DNA of 64,000 bases from Lama glama (Eukaryota): NCBI GenBank assembly GCA_028534125.1, contig CM052816.1, forward strand, positions 92,506,001 through 92,570,000, written 5' to 3'. Positions within the stretch are counted from its first letter, which is position 1; every line of letters starts with the position of its first letter. Positions 62,391 to 64,000 of the stretch are shown here, piece after piece. The notes under the pieces are model-generated. The model made no database searches, was not told where the DNA came from, and was given only the letters and a program-made list of their open reading frames with translations. Made by a program: the position numbers and the translations under genes.

Positions 62391-64000
62391 CTTCTATCTT
62401 GCTGGTCCCTTCTGACTTTTAACACGTAGGTCAGAAACAATGAGCCATCAGGGTGTTTTCCTTTTCCCTAATTACACCCAGGTAAATATAAAGCAGGGGG
62501 TGAGGCTGTAAGGCGGTCATCTAGAGGCATGGTTTCCAGGTAGTGGAATAAGCAGGCACCAGGGAGTGAGGAACTCCCAGTCTGGTCCTAAAGAGCCCAG
62601 CAGCTCTAGACCTCAGCTTCCTCCCTTATAAACCAATACAAGGAGGCCAGGCCATTAACCACCATTTTCCCTCCACCCCCCGAAGGCCTCTTTATGTTAA
62701 CGTGTTTCAAAGTTATGTTGGTGGAATGGTCACATTGGGGCACAAGGCACAGGGTTTTATGTAGTTGTGAAATAACTGAAGCTAAAGTAAACCAAAGCAT
62801 TACTCAAAACTTGCACCACAGGAAAGATACCCTGAGCGTGTGCAGAAGATACAGGCTATCTTGACAGACGCCAGCAAATACGCCAACCTCAGACGTGTGT
62901 GCCGAGTTCGCAGATCTACTACACCAGCTGACCTGAAAGCGGAGTTTTGATAAAGAGCCTCTTCCACAAGGGATTCTGTGGACGTGACCAGTTTAAAAAC
63001 GACAGCAAGAGGAAAAAAAAAAAAAAAGGAAGGTTGAGAAGCCTGGAGGGGGAGGGGGAGGGAGAACTATAGCATCATGTGTTCCAGGCTCCAAACTGTG
63101 AACAAATGAAGCGCATGTGGGAGAAGATGCTGGAATATCACTGCATGAGGAACGAATAGTGCAAAGTAGGTCTACAAGAGGTGGTTATACCAGTCCTCTG
63201 TCATGACAATCAGCTGAGTACCCAAAACTGAGTTTAACAAATACCTTCAAGCAACAAAACAGAGGGATACACCATGGATAAAACTGACCTAAAAAACTCT
63301 CAGTTCAAGTGAGTTTTCTCTCTCCTACAGATTTCAGAGGAAGGAACCCCTACACCCGAGCCTTGCCCTGCTTCAGGCGCAAAATTAAGGGGCCCAACAT
63401 TTGTATTAATAGTTCCATGGGCTATGTTTGCATTTCAAGGTGAGCAGCCAGCCTGAGCTATGACCTGAACTCCAACTTCATTTGTTAAGTGCCAAGTAAA
63501 ATGACAATGAGCTGATCTCGCTGCTAACATGGGTGGCATCCAGCCCTTCACATCTGGATGTGACCGGTGACCCTGCTTGCCCCCCACCGCCCATGGGGGT
63601 CATCTCTCCCTCCACCCCCTTCCCTCCACCCCAATCCTATCAGCCGCTCTGCTTCCTCCCCGGCATTTCCATCTGTCCTGGCCGGCCACCTCAGGGATAC
63701 AGGGCACTCAGGTTTCTTGTCGTTTTAGAGATTGCACAGCAACGTTGAGGCCCCCTTGTCACAGTTCGACCCATCGACCCCCAAGGCACCTCTAAGACCC
63801 GGGTTACTCTAAGACCCGGGAAAGGGTGTCTCTTTTCACCAGGCAAGAAGTTCAGTCCACTTCTCTTCAACGCGGGAGACTAAATGCTCCAGGGAACCCT
63901 CTCTGCGCCAACTTAGGGGAGAGACACACAGGGTTCAGGTCACATTCCCGACCAGCTTCCCCCACCAGCTCCCTGCCCACCTCCACTCTGGGCCACTCGG

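Overview
Mammalian genomic DNA, very probably camelid: it carries two tRNA-Ala-derived Vic-1-like SINEs, plus cetartiodactyl-type L1 and Tigger1 derivatives. It holds two tandem, head-to-tail paralogous genes on the minus strand. OTULINL/FAM105A (OTU pseudo-deubiquitinase) is represented by coding exons 2-8 (51388 down to the TAA at 45640); its exon 1 was not found and presumably lies beyond the right edge. OTULIN/FAM105B (Met1-linear-ubiquitin deubiquitinase) is represented by its CpG-island promoter and coding exons 1-2 (12020-11869, 4214-4138); the rest lies beyond the left edge. All exons have GT-AG boundaries and consistent phases. The 33.6 kb between OTULINL's stop and OTULIN's ATG is largely transposon relics, including several nested stacks with intact target-site duplications (TSDs). 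I found no convincing wholly new biological system. The best leads are an Ala58->Asp change in OTULIN's HOIP-binding PIM, a candidate 36-nt poison exon in OTULIN intron 1, a stop-free in-frame 87-nt intron in OTULINL, and a 4-5-layer nested transposon stack. Gene identities, human comparisons and repeat subfamily names come from recalled sequences, not from any search.
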